From positions 1,550,001-1,614,000 of the forward strand of contig CAJFCJ010000010.1 in NCBI GenBank assembly GCA_904063045.1: DNA of 64,000 nt. Reading direction: 5' to 3'. The notes under the pieces were generated by a model. That model was not told the origin of the DNA and made no database searches. It worked only from the letters and a program-made list of their open reading frames with translations. The DNA comes from Dimorphilus gyrociliatus. Its lineage: Eukaryota > Animalia > Annelida. Shown here piece by piece: positions 62,901 through 64,000 of the stretch; within the stretch, counting starts at the first letter, position 1, and each line of letters opens with the position of its first letter. The position numbers and the translations under genes are program-made.

Positions 62901-63417
62901 GCCAACTTATGAATCTTGCAGTACGGCTATATATAAACACGGCAGAACAGAAACAATTCGACCAGCTACGTTGGCTACGAAAACTGCATGTGAACTTTTT
63001 AGCAAAACGACTGGAACACTCCCAAGCTCTTCTGAATTACAAGAAGCTGTTAGAAAATGTTCAACCGTTCATACAGAATTAACAAAACACGCAGCAATGG
63101 GCAAAGGTTGGGATAGGCATTTGTTTGCTTTGAAAAACTTGGCTACACAGTCTGGAGACGCTTTACCAGAGATATTTCAAGATCCAGCTTACGTAAAAAT
63201 TAATCAAAACGTTATTAGTACATCGACATTAACAAGTTCTGCCTTATTGATTGGCAGTTTTGGTCCAGTAGTTAGAGATGGTTTTGGAATTGGTTATGGA
63301 ATTGAAAGAGACCAATTAGGATGCACTGTTTCAGCATATCCTGAAAGGGATAGCGGTGCGTTTGTAGAGACATTTAAGTCATGTGTTGACGATATAGTGA
63401 AAGCGTTTAATATGTAA
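59962..63417 (+). CDS. CPT2: Carnitine O-palmitoyltransferase 2, mitochondrial, 5 exons, about 652 aa
   Basis: Exons 59962-59997, 60057-60097, 60159-60361, 60424-60924 and 62240-63417 are phase-consistent. Motifs: basic presequence MALRRETTRAVN, FQPSLPRLPIPKLEKT, YVSGPWFDMYL, FPLDMSQYKNLFNSTRVP, NRWFDKSFSLI, NFEHAWGDGVAV (catalytic His), TYESCSTA..KHGRTETIR, GKGWDRHLFAL. Confidence 0.96.
61040..62050 (-). CDS. Orphan rhodopsin-like (class A) GPCR, 2 exons, about 305 aa, nested antisense in CPT2 intron 4
   Basis: Exons 62050-61705 (donor GTAAGT) and 61611-61040 (acceptor AAACAG) join in frame. Seven hydrophobic segments, with N-glycosylation sequon NTT, TM1 GN, TM2 LTISD, TM3 Cys, SLHRL, TM5 Y, TM6 FTVCNLPY, TM7 NSFFNPILY and helix 8 DFRTAY. 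Confidence 0.9.
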
Positions 63418-64000
63418 TATAATTCCTAATTCGTTGAATAAAATTCAAATAAAAATGAAACGTGCTATCAGTAAGGTCATAAAAAGGGGCTCGTATTGAA
63501 TGCGGGCCTAAAACCAGTTGAAATTCTACATTACCATTCACATTCTTGGATTATATTGTTGACAGTAAAATATTCTTGTATATATAATGCTTTGTGCCGC
63601 TACCAGTTTATGTTTAAAACGCACTCTATTAACCTGGTTTATTAGTTCAACAATGGCCAGAAAAAGTATAAATGATAATTTAGGGGATATAAAGGTAAGA
63701 AACATAATAATATTGTTGTATCATCGAAAAAGTAAATGTTTAACCTTTTAAAAAGCGTAATTTTAGATATTTTGCCTAAAAATCGAACGTACGGCCAACT
63801 CCTTCCTTAAATTATCATCTGATTAGCATCGGTTTTAGTATTGCATTTACTGTAGAATAAAATTAATATATTGCAATAATAACTTCACTAGAAGATTTTC
63901 ATTAATTTCCCTTTATATATTACAATGTTTAATAGAAAAAGGTTTTGGTTCTATATGTTGAATATCAATATATTCATTTTAAAATATGCATACTATTTGT

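Noticed and set aside
63560-63900. Possible terminal exons of a minus-strand gene entering from beyond the window end
   Set aside because: An acceptor exists near 63850, but the frames close quickly and nothing is recognisable without the downstream sequence.
1-64000. tRNA, rRNA, snRNA, miRNA, CRISPR arrays and transposons
   Set aside because: I saw no T-loop/D-loop signatures, known mature miRNA sequences, repeat-spacer arrays, terminal repeats or transposase/RT ORFs. A covariance-model and repeat-library search would be needed to exclude divergent copies.

Overview
AT-rich animal genomic DNA with very dense genes and mostly short (about 50-90 nt) GT-AG introns. This fits a compact-genome invertebrate such as a miniaturised annelid; the species is an inference, not established. 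By hand-splicing I can support 18 protein-coding genes. In order: a partial M1 aminopeptidase; a C7orf31/SPMIP4-like gene; a COG3964-type amidohydrolase with introns; spen (about 2895 aa, including two RRM1 exons the ORF track misses); an ankyrin-SOCS box protein; inversin; an orphan coiled-coil protein with TQT motifs; V-ATPase subunit F; a small basic orphan; a DUF4062-NACHT protein without WD40 repeats; gluconokinase; a degenerate CARNMT1-like protein; a multi-C2H2 zinc-finger protein; an SLC35A-like transporter; TOE1; PSMB6; TMEM43; and CPT2. A nineteenth gene, a class A GPCR, is nested antisense in the last CPT2 intron. I saw no rRNA, tRNA, CRISPR array or recognisable transposon. The most interesting items are the probable pseudo-methyltransferase, the sensor-less NACHT protein, the bacterial-family amidohydrolase head-to-head with spen, the nested GPCR with altered switch motifs, an identical 14-mer RFX-like site before two uncharacterised genes, and recurrent CTCF-like and MITF/TFEB-like motifs. 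Homology calls rest on remembered family motifs; no database search was run.
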